A stretch of 64,000 bases of DNA from Limnothrix sp. BL-A-16. Lineage in GTDB: Bacteria > Cyanobacteriota > Cyanobacteriia > CACIAM-69d. The position numbers and the translations under genes are program-made. Location of the stretch: assembly GCA_041937175.2 (NCBI GenBank), contig CP166615.1, positions 3,424,001-3,488,000 on the forward strand, given 5' to 3'. This document shows, piece by piece, positions 52,011-61,826 of this stretch. Under the pieces are notes generated by a model. That model ran no database searches and was not told the origin of the DNA. It saw only the letters and a program-made list of their open reading frames with translations. Position 1 is the stretch's first letter. Each line of letters begins with the position of its first letter.

Positions 52011-53690
52011 ATGACCATTGCGATCGACTTTGGAACCAGCAACACGGTGGTGACCTATCTCAACCCCGTAACCGGCAATCCCGAAACCCTGGATCTCAGT
52101 GGACTTTCGGTGCGACAGTCCCCCAACCCGCCGCTAATTCCCAGCCTGTTGTATGTGGCCCAGGCGGCCGAAGGTCAGGTGGTGGCCGGCCAAGCAGTGC
52201 GCGATCGGGGGCTGGATCAATTGGCCGATGGGCGCTTATTTCGGGGATTTAAGCGGGGGATCGGAACCGCTGTCCAAGGATTTGTGCCCGAGTTAGACGG
52301 GCGATCGGTGGATTTTGAGCAGGCGGGGCAGTGGTTTTTAGATGCCATTGCCCGCGCCCTGACAGAGCAGCAGTTTTGGGGCGGTGCAGGGGCCGGGTCA
52401 CAACTGATTTTGACCGTGCCGGTGGACAGTTTTGAGCAATACCGCAATTGGTTAACCCGGGCGATCGCCCAGTCGGCCTTGGGGCAAATTGAACAGGTGC
52501 GTTTGCTGGATGAGCCAACGGCAGCGGCTTTGGGCTATGGCGCAGGCGATCGGGACTTGGTGTTGGTGGTGGACTTTGGCGGCGGCACGTTGGATCTGTC
52601 CCTGGTGCGGCTCGATCGCCCCAGTGCCACCAGCGCCGGCCGGCCCTTGGGATTTCTGTTGAAGTGGGGGAACCGCGCCCTTGAGGATTCCCAACAAACC
52701 GTGAAAACCGCCAGGGTTTTGGCCAAAGCAGGCTTAAACCTGGGTGGATCCGATTTGGATAACTGGATTGTGGACTATTGGAGTCAACAGCGAGCTTCGG
52801 TGGATTTGCCAGGCAATACCTTGGGTAATTCCTCGGGCAATCTCGCGGGTCATTCTTTCCAGAAAACTCCAATTCTGCTGCGATTAGCGGAGCGAGTCAA
52901 AATTGCCCTTTCGCATCAGGAAACGGCCCAGGAAGTCTATTTTGATGACGTGACGTTTAATAGTCTAGAGCTAAGCCTTTCGCGCACGGAATTGGAAACT
53001 ATTTTGCGCGATCGGGGTCTGTTTCAACAGCTCGATCGGGCCTTAGATCAAATTTTTCAGCAAGCCCTTCGCCAGGGACTAGAACCCCAGTCGATCGAAG
53101 CGGTGTTATTGGTAGGTGGCACGAGCCAGATTCCTGCCATTCAATCCTGGATTCGTAACTATTTTCCTACCGAAAAAGTCGCCACCGATCGCCCCTTTGA
53201 AGCGATCGCCCAAGGAGCCTTGAAGCTGGCCAGCGGCTTAGAAGTGCGCGATTTTCTCTATCATGGCTACGGAATTCGCTATTGGAACCAACGGGAAAAG
53301 CGCCACAGTTGGCATCCCATCATCCCTAAAGGTCAGCCTTATCCCACCGCCAAGCCCGTTGAATTGCTCTTGGGAGCCTCCATTGAAAATCAACCCCAAA
53401 TTGAACTAATCATTGGAGAATTGGGCGACGAAGAACAACGCACTGAAATCTTTTTTGATGGCGATCGATTGGTCACCAAAACCATCGGCGGCCAAGCCTC
53501 AGTTCAACCGCTGAATGATCGTGATGGCGCACGCAGTTTGGCTCAACTGGATCCGCCTGGAATGCCTGGCATTGACCGAATTCGGGTGGCCTTTGAAGTG
53601 GATGCCGATCGCACCTTGCGAGTCACCGTTGAAGACTTACTGAGCGATCGCACTCTGCTCAACCAATGCCCGATCGCCCAACTGAGTTAA
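52011..53690 (+). CDS. Hsp70-family protein (atypical DnaK-like)
   Basis: IAIDFGTSNT; DEPTAAALGY; VDFGGGTLD; LVGGTSQIP. Confidence 0.92.
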   Translation: MTIAIDFGTSNTVVTYLNPVTGNPETLDLSGLSVRQSPNPPLIPSLLYVAQAAEGQVVAGQAVRDRGLDQLADGRLFRGFKRGIGTAVQGFVPELDGRSVDFEQAGQWFLDAIARALTEQQFWGGAGAGSQLILTVPVDSFEQYRNWLTRAIAQSALGQIEQVRLLDEPTAAALGYGAGDRDLVLVVDFGGGTLDLSLVRLDRPSATSAGRPLGFLLKWGNRALEDSQQTVKTARVLAKAGLNLGGSDLDNWIVDYWSQQRASVDLPGNTLGNSSGNLAGHSFQKTPILLRLAERVKIALSHQETAQEVYFDDVTFNSLELSLSRTELETILRDRGLFQQLDRALDQIFQQALRQGLEPQSIEAVLLVGGTSQIPAIQSWIRNYFPTEKVATDRPFEAIAQGALKLASGLEVRDFLYHGYGIRYWNQREKRHSWHPIIPKGQPYPTAKPVELLLGASIENQPQIELIIGELGDEEQRTEIFFDGDRLVTKTIGGQASVQPLNDRDGARSLAQLDPPGMPGIDRIRVAFEVDADRTLRVTVEDLLSDRTLLNQCPIAQLS

Positions 53691-54749
53691 GTCCTGGTGA
53701 GTCCCGCCATTCCTGAGCTTGCTGTTAATCCCTGGTCACTCCTGAACCAGCGCCAGGCACAGCCCAAGGGGTGTTTCGCCAATTCGTAGCCTCCCCAACC
53801 GAAAGGCCGCATTGGGGCACGATGTGCAAGGGTTGGCGAGTATTGACTCGTATTCGTTAGCATGAGCAAGATAAAACATTCAACTTCAGTCTCGGCTGCA
53901 TTGGGCTGCATTGGGTGCTATTGGGTGCAATAGAACTCCGATGTGGTCTAAGCTCCTATTCTGAATTCACCTGAGTTCGGGATAGTTTGAAACCTCTCAA
54001 CTTCTAATGGGTAAGCTAGATCCCAAAAGGCCGTTAGCAAACCATTAGGTACTTAGGGCGGGCAAGGGTAACTTCAGAAGTTCTAAACCCAACCCAAGAT
54101 CAACAACAATTGATAGTTTCTGCCTATCCCTTGCTCACGTTTTAACTGTTGACTGATCTTCCAATTCCGATCGCCCTGATCCCGATCGTGCGTCCTCGAT
54201 TTTGGATTGGGGAACTGGAATTGTCATGGTTAAACCTAGGATGTCTTTAGGTCTTTCCCGGGGTCTAGTTGTGCCATTTTTTACAATCAATTTCCGATTA
54301 TTGTTTCGATTGTTGCCGCCGCTTGATCCAGCCAACCTGACTTAGTTGAGGAAAATTTGACCTGAAAGTCGATGAAGCAGGATGAAAGATTCAACAAACT
54401 CCACCTGCAACCCGACTGATATCAACCACTAGTGCTTTAGGTCTTAGGAATTTGGGGGGTTAGAAATTTTTCAGCATCGATCACCACTAGTCCTTAGCCC
54501 ATGGATCCCAATCCCAGTGCGCTCATCACCCATCGGAGCTAGTTGTCTCTTGGTGAATATCATTCCTGTCCATTGACCGCGATCGCTTCCGAAACGCGAT
54601 CGATTGCCAAAAATAGTGCTATTCAGGAGTTTGAGTTAGGGGGTAACCAACAGCGCTCTGGAGTGCTGAAGCGGGGTGAATCGCCCCCCTAGTTGCATCA
54701 CTCCAGTGCAGCAGAATCCAGTCGTGCTGAGTGAGGATCACCTGTCAGA

Positions 54750-55874
54750 ATGCGCAATTCGATCACCGCCCGCACCGATGCCAATGTTGCGGCCAGTTAC
54801 CCATCTCTCTCATCCAGTCCTCTCTCCCACCCGATCGCATCGCCAGACATGGAGTCCAGCCGCAAACACTACTCACTGTTGATCGTTGACGACACTCCCG
54901 ACAACGTGGATCTGTTGCGGCGCTACCTGATGCGCTTCAAGAAATTTCGCATTCAAAGTGTTGAAAACGGTCAACTGGCCCTTGAATATCTGCAAAATGT
55001 GCCACCGAAGGATCATCCTGACCTGATTTTGATGGATGTGGTGATGCCAAAGCTGAACGGGTTTGAGACCTATCGTGCTTTGCAAACCCTTTATCCTGAC
55101 TGGGATGTGCCCGTAATCTTCATGACGGGCCTTTCGGACTTGTCCAGCAAGCTTGAAGGGCTGGAACTGGGCGCAGTGGACTACATCATCAAGCCCTTTC
55201 AAAAAGAAGAAGTCTTAGCCCGTATTGAACTGCAATTGCGGCTTTTGGACTTAACTCGGCAGTTACGAGCCAAAAATGAAGAACTGGAGCGGGAGGTGGC
55301 AGAGCGGCAGCGGGTGGAAGCCACGCTGCTGACGGTGAATTTGGAACTGGAGCGCCTGGCCACCAGCGACGGCCTGACGCAGGTGGCAAACCGGCGCTGC
55401 TTTGACACCACGATTAATCGCGAGTGGCAACGCCTGGCCCAGGATCATCGTCCAATGTCGTTGGTGCTCTGTGATGTGGACTACTTCAAGCGCTTCAACG
55501 ACCATTACGGTCATCAAGCGGGAGATGATTGTTTGATTCAAGTGGCCCGCACCTTGCAGGATGGCACACGCCGGGCGACGGATTTGGTGGCTCGCTATGG
55601 GGGGGAAGAGTTCGCGATCCTGTTGCCGGACACGGACTTGACAATGGCCGTGGAGGTGATCGATCGACTGCGACGGGCGATCGAGAATTTAAAAATTCCC
55701 CACGAGCGATCGGAAGCTAGCCCCTGGGTCACAGTCAGTTTGGGCTTAGCCTGTCAGTTTCCCAAAATGGGCAATACTCCCCAAAATCTGATCGCTGCCG
55801 CCGATGCGGCCCTCTACGAAGCCAAACAGCAAGGGCGCAATACCTATTGCAAGCGCTATCTCTTGGAGAGCTAG
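54750..55874 (+). CDS. Response regulator diguanylate cyclase (REC-GGDEF)
   Basis: LIVDD; DLILMDVVMP; RATD I-site; RYGGEEF; the start may be 54849. Confidence 0.93.
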   Translation: MRNSITARTDANVAASYPSLSSSPLSHPIASPDMESSRKHYSLLIVDDTPDNVDLLRRYLMRFKKFRIQSVENGQLALEYLQNVPPKDHPDLILMDVVMPKLNGFETYRALQTLYPDWDVPVIFMTGLSDLSSKLEGLELGAVDYIIKPFQKEEVLARIELQLRLLDLTRQLRAKNEELEREVAERQRVEATLLTVNLELERLATSDGLTQVANRRCFDTTINREWQRLAQDHRPMSLVLCDVDYFKRFNDHYGHQAGDDCLIQVARTLQDGTRRATDLVARYGGEEFAILLPDTDLTMAVEVIDRLRRAIENLKIPHERSEASPWVTVSLGLACQFPKMGNTPQNLIAAADAALYEAKQQGRNTYCKRYLLES

Positions 55875-56070
55875 GGCCCGCTAACCAGATGCCAAAAGCT
55901 GGATGCTTTGATACTTGGGCATCCATCGCCCAGAATTAACCGCCCAACATCAGCGGCTCAGAATTCGCTGCTCAGAATTAACCGCCCAGCATCAATCGCT
56001 CGCAATTTGCGATCGGTTCTGTTGCCGGTCTGTGGTAGTCTCAGGCCGGTTTTGAGCGATCCCCAGCGCC

Positions 56071-56628
56071 ATGAACGTCACGCCGACCGAGATTCCCGAT
56101 GTTTTGCTGATTGAGCCGAGGGTCTTTGGAGACGATCGCGGCTTTTTTTATGAGAGCTTCAACAGTCGCACCTTTGCGGACAAAACTGGCCTCGATGTGA
56201 CCTTTGTGCAGGACAACCATTCCAAGTCCGTGAAAAATGTGCTGCGCGGCCTCCATTACCAGGTGCAACAGCCCCAGGGCAAATTGGTACGGGCCGGAGC
56301 CGGAGCGCTGTTTGATGTGGCGGTGGATATTCGGCGCGGGTCGCCCACCTTTGGCCAATGGGTGGGCTATGAGCTGAGCGCGGAAAACAAGCGCCAACTC
56401 TGGATTCCGCCGGGATTCGCCCATGGGTTCCTCACCCTGACCGATACGGCGGAATTGCTCTATAAGGCGACGGATTTCTATTGTCCAGCGGGCGATCGAT
56501 CAATTCTCTGGAACGATCCGCAAATCAACATCGCCTGGAACCTGGACGGTGAACCGATCCTGTCGGGCAAAGACCAGGCGGCCAAACCCTTGGCAGAAGC
56601 AGATCTGTTTGAATACGGGCAAATCTAG
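56071..56628 (+). CDS. rfbC: dTDP-4-dehydrorhamnose 3,5-epimerase
   Basis: DDRGFFYE; QDNHSKS; LRGLHYQ; GFAHGF. Confidence 0.96.
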   Translation: MNVTPTEIPDVLLIEPRVFGDDRGFFYESFNSRTFADKTGLDVTFVQDNHSKSVKNVLRGLHYQVQQPQGKLVRAGAGALFDVAVDIRRGSPTFGQWVGYELSAENKRQLWIPPGFAHGFLTLTDTAELLYKATDFYCPAGDRSILWNDPQINIAWNLDGEPILSGKDQAAKPLAEADLFEYGQI

Positions 56629-56640
56629 GATCGCGGAACC

Positions 56641-57519
56641 ATGCGGATTTTATTGACGGGCGCACAGGGGCAGTTGGGCGAGGCCCTGCAACCGGTGCTA
56701 GGCGAGATCGGGGAGCTGACGGCGGCCGGGCGCGATCGGGTCAACCTGGCCGACACCGCCACGCTCTACGACGCGGTGATCGCCTTGCAGCCGGATTTGA
56801 TCGTGAACGCCGCCGCCTACACGGCCGTGGACAAGGCGGAAACCGAAGCCGACTTAGCAATGGCCGTCAACGGCACGGCTCCCGGGATTTTGGCCCAGGC
56901 GGCCAAGGATTTGGGCGGGCGGCTGATCCATGTGTCCACGGATTACGTGTTCAACGGGCAGCAGGGGCGACCCTACCGGGAAACCGACCCCACCGATCCA
57001 CTGGGCAGCTACGGGCGATCGAAGCTGGCGGGGGAAACGGCGATTTTGACCACAGCCCCGAACCAGAGCGCGATCGTCCGTACCGCTTGGGTCTATGGCG
57101 CAGGCAAAACCGGCAACTTTGTGAAAACGATGATTCGGCTGGCGACCGATCGCCCGGAACTGCGGGTGGTGGCGGATCAAATCGGTTCGCCCACCTGGAC
57201 GCGGGACTTGGCCGGGGCGATCGGGCAGCTCGCCGGCCGCCTGGATCCCGACACCGCCGGGGTCTACCACTACACCAACAGCGGGGCCGTTAGCTGGTAT
57301 GACTTTGCCGTGGCGATCATCGAAGAGGCCCGCGCCTTGGGATTGGAACTTGCGGTGGAACGGATCGTCCCGATCGCCACGGAGGATTATCCAACTCCGG
57401 CCCAGCGCCCGTCCTATTCGGTGCTGTGGGGCGGCAAGTTGGCGGCGTTGCTCGGCAGTCCGGCTCCCCATTGGCGGGCCAGCCTCCGCAAAATGCTGCC
57501 AGAACTGCTGAACCGCTAG
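56641..57519 (+). CDS. rfbD: dTDP-4-dehydrorhamnose reductase
   Basis: TGAQGQLG; NAAAYTAVDKAE; STDYVF; YGRSK; DQIGSPT. Confidence 0.96.
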   Translation: MRILLTGAQGQLGEALQPVLGEIGELTAAGRDRVNLADTATLYDAVIALQPDLIVNAAAYTAVDKAETEADLAMAVNGTAPGILAQAAKDLGGRLIHVSTDYVFNGQQGRPYRETDPTDPLGSYGRSKLAGETAILTTAPNQSAIVRTAWVYGAGKTGNFVKTMIRLATDRPELRVVADQIGSPTWTRDLAGAIGQLAGRLDPDTAGVYHYTNSGAVSWYDFAVAIIEEARALGLELAVERIVPIATEDYPTPAQRPSYSVLWGGKLAALLGSPAPHWRASLRKMLPELLNR

Positions 57520-57535
57520 GTTACTCCCACAGCAT

Positions 57536-57659
57536 CAGACAAGGGGCTTAAGCCCCTTGCCCCCAACGATTAAACGATTACTCAACCGCTTCACCTCGAC
57601 AATCCCAGACAAGGGGATTAAGCCCCTTGCCCCCAACGATTAAACGATTACTCAACCGC
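57536..57659 (+). repeat. Two 54-bp direct repeats (70-bp period), each containing the REP palindrome
   Basis: CAGACAAGGGG(C/A)TTAAGCCCCTTGCCCCCAACGATTAAACGATTACTCAACCGC at 57536 and 57606. Confidence 0.85.
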
Positions 57660-57679
57660 GATCGCAGCGAGTTAATAAT

Positions 57680-58753
57680 ATGAAAGCCTTGATTCTTTCG
57701 GGTGGCAAAGGAACCCGCCTGCGACCCCTGACCTATACGGGTGCAAAACAGCTCGTGCCGGTGGCCAACAAGCCAATTCTTTGGTATGGCATCGAGCGAA
57801 TTGTGGCGGCAGGCATCACCGATATTGGGATTATTATCAGCCCGGAAACCGGCGACGAAGTGCGCGAAAAAACCGGCGATGGCAGTCGCTTTGGCGCAAA
57901 GATTACCTATATTTTGCAGGAGCATCCGTCGGGATTGGCCCACGCGGTTTCCGTGGGGCAAGAGTTCCTCGGTGACTCGCCATTCATCATGTATTTGGGC
58001 GATAACGTCATCCAAGCGGATTTGGGGCAGTTTATCGACCAATTTAAAAAGCCCGGTGTCGATTCGGTCATTATTCTGCGAGAAGTGCCCGATCCGCGTG
58101 CCTTTGGGGTGGCGGAAGTGGACGCGGCGGGCCGGGTGGTTCGGTTGGTGGAAAAACCGAAAAATCCTCCTTCCAATTTGGCGATGGTGGGGATCTATTT
58201 CTTTCAGCCGGTGATTCACGAGGCGATCGCCCAAATCCAGCCTTCAGCCCGGGGCGAATTGGAAATTGTAGACGCGATCCAAAAGCTGATTGATACGGGC
58301 AAAACCGTTGAGGCTTGCACCCTGGAAGGTTGGTGGTTGGACACCGGTAAAAAGGATGATTTGCTAGAAACCAACCGGATTATTCTTGATACGGATTTGC
58401 AGCCTTGGAACTACGGCGAGGTTGATGAATCGAGCAAAATTATTGGGCGGGTGGAAATTGGTAAAGGCTCAAAAGTGATCAATTCCACGGTGCGCGGCCC
58501 GGCGGTAATTGGTGAAAATTGCACGATCGAGAATTGCTACATTGGCCCCTACAGCAGCATCAGCGATCGCGCCCATTTGGTGGATGTGGATTTGGATCAC
58601 AGCGTGGTCTTGGAAGGGGCGGAAATTGTGGGCGTAACGGAGCGGATTATTGACAGCGTGATCGGTCAACGGGTGAAGCTCCATGTGGGGCCGAAACGCC
58701 CGAAGGCTCTGCGCTTCATGATCGGTGATGATTCCCACATCGAATTGACCTAG
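57680..58753 (+). CDS. rfbA: Glucose-1-phosphate thymidylyltransferase (long form)
   Basis: LSGGKGTRLRP; KQLVPVANKP; YLGDN; EKP; SARGELEI; C-terminal beta-helix. Confidence 0.9.
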   Translation: MKALILSGGKGTRLRPLTYTGAKQLVPVANKPILWYGIERIVAAGITDIGIIISPETGDEVREKTGDGSRFGAKITYILQEHPSGLAHAVSVGQEFLGDSPFIMYLGDNVIQADLGQFIDQFKKPGVDSVIILREVPDPRAFGVAEVDAAGRVVRLVEKPKNPPSNLAMVGIYFFQPVIHEAIAQIQPSARGELEIVDAIQKLIDTGKTVEACTLEGWWLDTGKKDDLLETNRIILDTDLQPWNYGEVDESSKIIGRVEIGKGSKVINSTVRGPAVIGENCTIENCYIGPYSSISDRAHLVDVDLDHSVVLEGAEIVGVTERIIDSVIGQRVKLHVGPKRPKALRFMIGDDSHIELT

Positions 58754-58773
58754 GATGATTGCGGCCTCTGGGG

Positions 58774-58836
58774 CAAGGGGCTTAAGCCCCTTGTCTCAAC
58801 CGCTGATAGCCCAAACAAGGGGCTTAAACCCCTTGT
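58774..58836. repeat. Pair of REP-like palindromes
   Basis: CAAGGGGCTTAAGCCCCTTG and ACAAGGGGCTTAAACCCCTTGT. Confidence 0.8.
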
Positions 58837-58887
58837 CTTTGGTTCTTTGATGGTCGGGTGTTTGGGGGTTGATTCTGATAGGGCGAA

Positions 58888-59769
58888 ATGCCGATTTTTT
58901 ATTTCGTTGTTGTGAATTATTGGTGCGGGGAATCGATCGCCCAATTATTACGATCGCTGGCCCAAGATTGCCCCGATCAGGATTACCAAATCCTGATTGT
59001 CAATAATTCACCGGAGGATCGATCGCTCGACTCGTTTCCCACTGAATTCGCCCATTGCACGATCCTAGAAACGGGCGAAAACTTGGGGTTTGGGCGGGCC
59101 TGCAATCGGGCGATCGCCTGGGTGGCTGATCGCGATCCAGGGGCGATCGTTTGGCTAATCAATCCCGATGCTTGGCTACCGGCGGGAACGATCGCGGCGG
59201 CCCGATCGCTCCTGGGCCAAGCCGATTGGGCAATTTTGGGCACGGCGATCGATCAACCCGACGGCCGGCCGGAATTTCGCGGCGGCCGGTTCGATCAGCG
59301 ATCAGGTTTAATCGAGCCGATCGCCCAAGAAATCTCCACCGCTGCCCCAATTCAGCCCACGGATTGGGTGAGTGGTTGCAGTTTGCTGATTCATTTGGTG
59401 GCGTTTCGCGAGCCACCCCAGTTCGATCGCCGCTTCTTTTTGTATTACGAAGATTTCGAGTTTTGCCGCCGCTACGCCCGCCAAGGCTATTCGGTGGCGA
59501 TCGCCCCGAGCCTGCGGGTGATCCATGCCACCTCGACGGTGACGGGCCGCGAACCGGAGCGGAAATTGCGCTGGTCGATCGGGGGCTATCTGTTGGCCCT
59601 GGCCATTCACGGCAGCCCTTGGGCGCTGATCTATCGGTTGGCGCGGATTGTGATTAGCGCGATCGCCCAGTGGCCGCAGCATCCCGCCCGATCGCGCGCC
59701 AAGCTCCAAGGCGCGGTCGATGCTTGGCAAAGTTGGCGATCCACACGCAACGGCTCCGCGCGGCGCTAA
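58888..59769 (+). CDS. GT2 glycosyltransferase (rhamnosyltransferase-like)
   Basis: VVVNY; NLGFGRACN; INPDA; WVSGCS; FFLYYEDFEFC. Confidence 0.9.
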   Translation: MPIFYFVVVNYWCGESIAQLLRSLAQDCPDQDYQILIVNNSPEDRSLDSFPTEFAHCTILETGENLGFGRACNRAIAWVADRDPGAIVWLINPDAWLPAGTIAAARSLLGQADWAILGTAIDQPDGRPEFRGGRFDQRSGLIEPIAQEISTAAPIQPTDWVSGCSLLIHLVAFREPPQFDRRFFLYYEDFEFCRRYARQGYSVAIAPSLRVIHATSTVTGREPERKLRWSIGGYLLALAIHGSPWALIYRLARIVISAIAQWPQHPARSRAKLQGAVDAWQSWRSTRNGSARR

Positions 59770-59809
59770 AGTAAAGCTCGACTTGCTTGGCCCACTTTTT
59801 CGGAAACCT

Positions 59810-61699
59810 ATGCTGGACTTGCGCTTAACTCGATCGCTGCCGGAGCCGTTGCGCTCTTGGATGGGGCGGCTGGCGGCTTTGGACGATCGGGGGCGGGGCT
59901 GGCTAGGCCTGGCTTGGGTCTTGTTGGTTTGGGCGATCGCCCTGTTTTGGCACTCGGGCAGCGTGGGGCTGGTGGACGAAACGGAGCCGATGTTTTCGGA
60001 AGCGGCCCGCCAAATGGCCGTCACTGGCGATTGGATCACGCCCTATTTCAACGGAGCCACCCGCTTCGACAAGCCGCCGCTGATCTATTGGCTGACGGCG
60101 ATCGCCTACAAAATCTTGGGTGTGAACGAGTGGGCCGTGCGGTTGCCCTCGGGGTTGGCGGCCTTGGCGACGATCGGCTTTAGCTTTGCGACCCTCTGGC
60201 GGTTTTCTGTAACTGGCGAAGCGCGCCAACAAGCGCCTTGGCGACCCTGGTTAGTTGGGGCGATCGGGGCTGGAACGATCGCCTTTTCGCCCCACATGAT
60301 CATCTGGGGTCGGGTCGGCGTGTCCGATATGTTGCTCACCGGCTGCATCAGCACCGCCCTGCTGGCCTTTTTTTGGGGCTATGCCAGTGATCGCCCTCGG
60401 GTCAAGCGTCTTGGGTATCTCGGGTTTTATGTGGCCCTCGCCTTGGCGGTGCTGACCAAAGGGCCGGTGGGCGTGGTGTTACCGGGCGGGATTGTGCTGG
60501 CCTTTGCGCTCTATGTGGGCGAATTCAAGCAGCTATGGAAGGAAGCGAAGCCGCTGTGGGGCTTGCTGCTGGTGGCGGTGCTGTCGATTCCCTGGTTTGT
60601 GCTGGTGATTTTGGCTAATGGGGATGCCTACGTTGAGTCCTTCTTTGGCTACCACAATATTGATCGGTTCACCCGCGTGGTGAATCAGCATTCGGCTCCT
60701 TGGTTTTTCTATTTCATTGTGGTGGCTTGGGGCTTTGCGCCCTGGTCGGTCTATCTGCCGATCGCCCTGGGCCGGCTAGAAATTTGGCGGCGCAAGTGGT
60801 GGCTGCGGCGATCGCGATCGGAGCGGCTGCCTTTGTTTGCGGGCGCTTGGTTTTTGGGCGTGTTTGGCTTTTTCACGATCGCGGTGACCAAGTTGCCCAG
60901 CTACGTTGTCCCGCTCATGCCGGCCGGTGGGCTACTGGTGGCGTTGCTGTGGCGGGACTTGCTGAGTGGTGATCTGGCTTCCCGCCGATCGATGCCCCGG
61001 CCGGGGTTGAGCGAACCGCCGATCGCCACGGAAGATCAGGTTTCACCGGGATTCCACCGCAGCGCGATCGCGGCGGTGGCTGTGATGGGGATTTTGGCGA
61101 TCGCCCTCAGTGCCCAAAACCTCTGGCTACCGTTGATTAAAGATCCGACCATGCCGCGCATTCGGGAGGTGTTGATCGAATCTGGAGCCATCACGCGAGG
61201 GGCGATCGATTGGGCAATCACCGCTGTCCTCAGTGTGGTGGTGATTTACCGGCGGCGCTATCGCTGGCTGTGGCTGCTCATGTGGGTCGGTGGTGTGCTG
61301 TTTTTTGTGGGCACGATCGTGCCGGTAACCTTCGCCCTCGATTCCCAACGTCAATTGCCCCTGCGGATCCTGTCGGCGGATGTAATTCGGGTACGACAAC
61401 CGGACGAGGAGTTGATGATGGTGGGCTTTGCCAAGCCGAGTGTGGTGTTCTACACCCAGCAAATCGTTAACTTCTCCCAACGGGCGACCCCGTTAATTGA
61501 AGGAGAGCGGGAAGCCCTCAAGATTAATCCCAACCCCAAACCTGCCACGGTGTTGTTGCTGGGCGATCGCAAAAAATTGGCGGAAACCGGTTTAGACCAA
61601 GTGGGTCAACCGATTGCCGCCGCTGGTTCCTATCAATTATTCCGGGTCGATCGGCGTGCCTTTGCGAACCACCAACCGCCCACTGATCCAGACGATTAA
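59810..61699 (+). CDS. ArnT/GT83-like integral membrane glycosyltransferase
   Basis: VDETEPMFSEAARQM..TGDWITPYFNG.TRFDKPPLIYW; LTKGPVG; TKLPSY. Confidence 0.9.
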   Translation: MLDLRLTRSLPEPLRSWMGRLAALDDRGRGWLGLAWVLLVWAIALFWHSGSVGLVDETEPMFSEAARQMAVTGDWITPYFNGATRFDKPPLIYWLTAIAYKILGVNEWAVRLPSGLAALATIGFSFATLWRFSVTGEARQQAPWRPWLVGAIGAGTIAFSPHMIIWGRVGVSDMLLTGCISTALLAFFWGYASDRPRVKRLGYLGFYVALALAVLTKGPVGVVLPGGIVLAFALYVGEFKQLWKEAKPLWGLLLVAVLSIPWFVLVILANGDAYVESFFGYHNIDRFTRVVNQHSAPWFFYFIVVAWGFAPWSVYLPIALGRLEIWRRKWWLRRSRSERLPLFAGAWFLGVFGFFTIAVTKLPSYVVPLMPAGGLLVALLWRDLLSGDLASRRSMPRPGLSEPPIATEDQVSPGFHRSAIAAVAVMGILAIALSAQNLWLPLIKDPTMPRIREVLIESGAITRGAIDWAITAVLSVVVIYRRRYRWLWLLMWVGGVLFFVGTIVPVTFALDSQRQLPLRILSADVIRVRQPDEELMMVGFAKPSVVFYTQQIVNFSQRATPLIEGEREALKINPNPKPATVLLLGDRKKLAETGLDQVGQPIAAAGSYQLFRVDRRAFANHQPPTDPDD

Positions 61700-61826
61700 C
61701 CTGCAAGGTTCAACGATAGAAAGCGCTTGACGGGGCAAGGGGTTGAAACCCCTTGTCTAGATTGGTCTTGGCCCTTGTCTAGATTTGACCTGCCTAGCTT
61801 GGGACAGTCTGGATCTGGATTGTCAC

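Noticed and set aside
53969..53990. ACCTGAGTTCGGGATA, resembling an IS/MITE end
   Set aside because: No partner inverted repeat or second copy found in the window.
54036..54090. Possible c-di-GMP-I riboswitch (GCAAACC...GGCAAG...CTAA) upstream of the diguanylate cyclase
   Set aside because: No GNRA tetraloop/receptor or convincing stems, and about 660 bp from the gene; an Rfam cmscan would be needed.
57536..57659. Mini-CRISPR-like repeat-spacer pattern
   Set aside because: Only two 54-bp units with a 16-bp spacer, built on the dispersed palindrome; no cas genes in the window.
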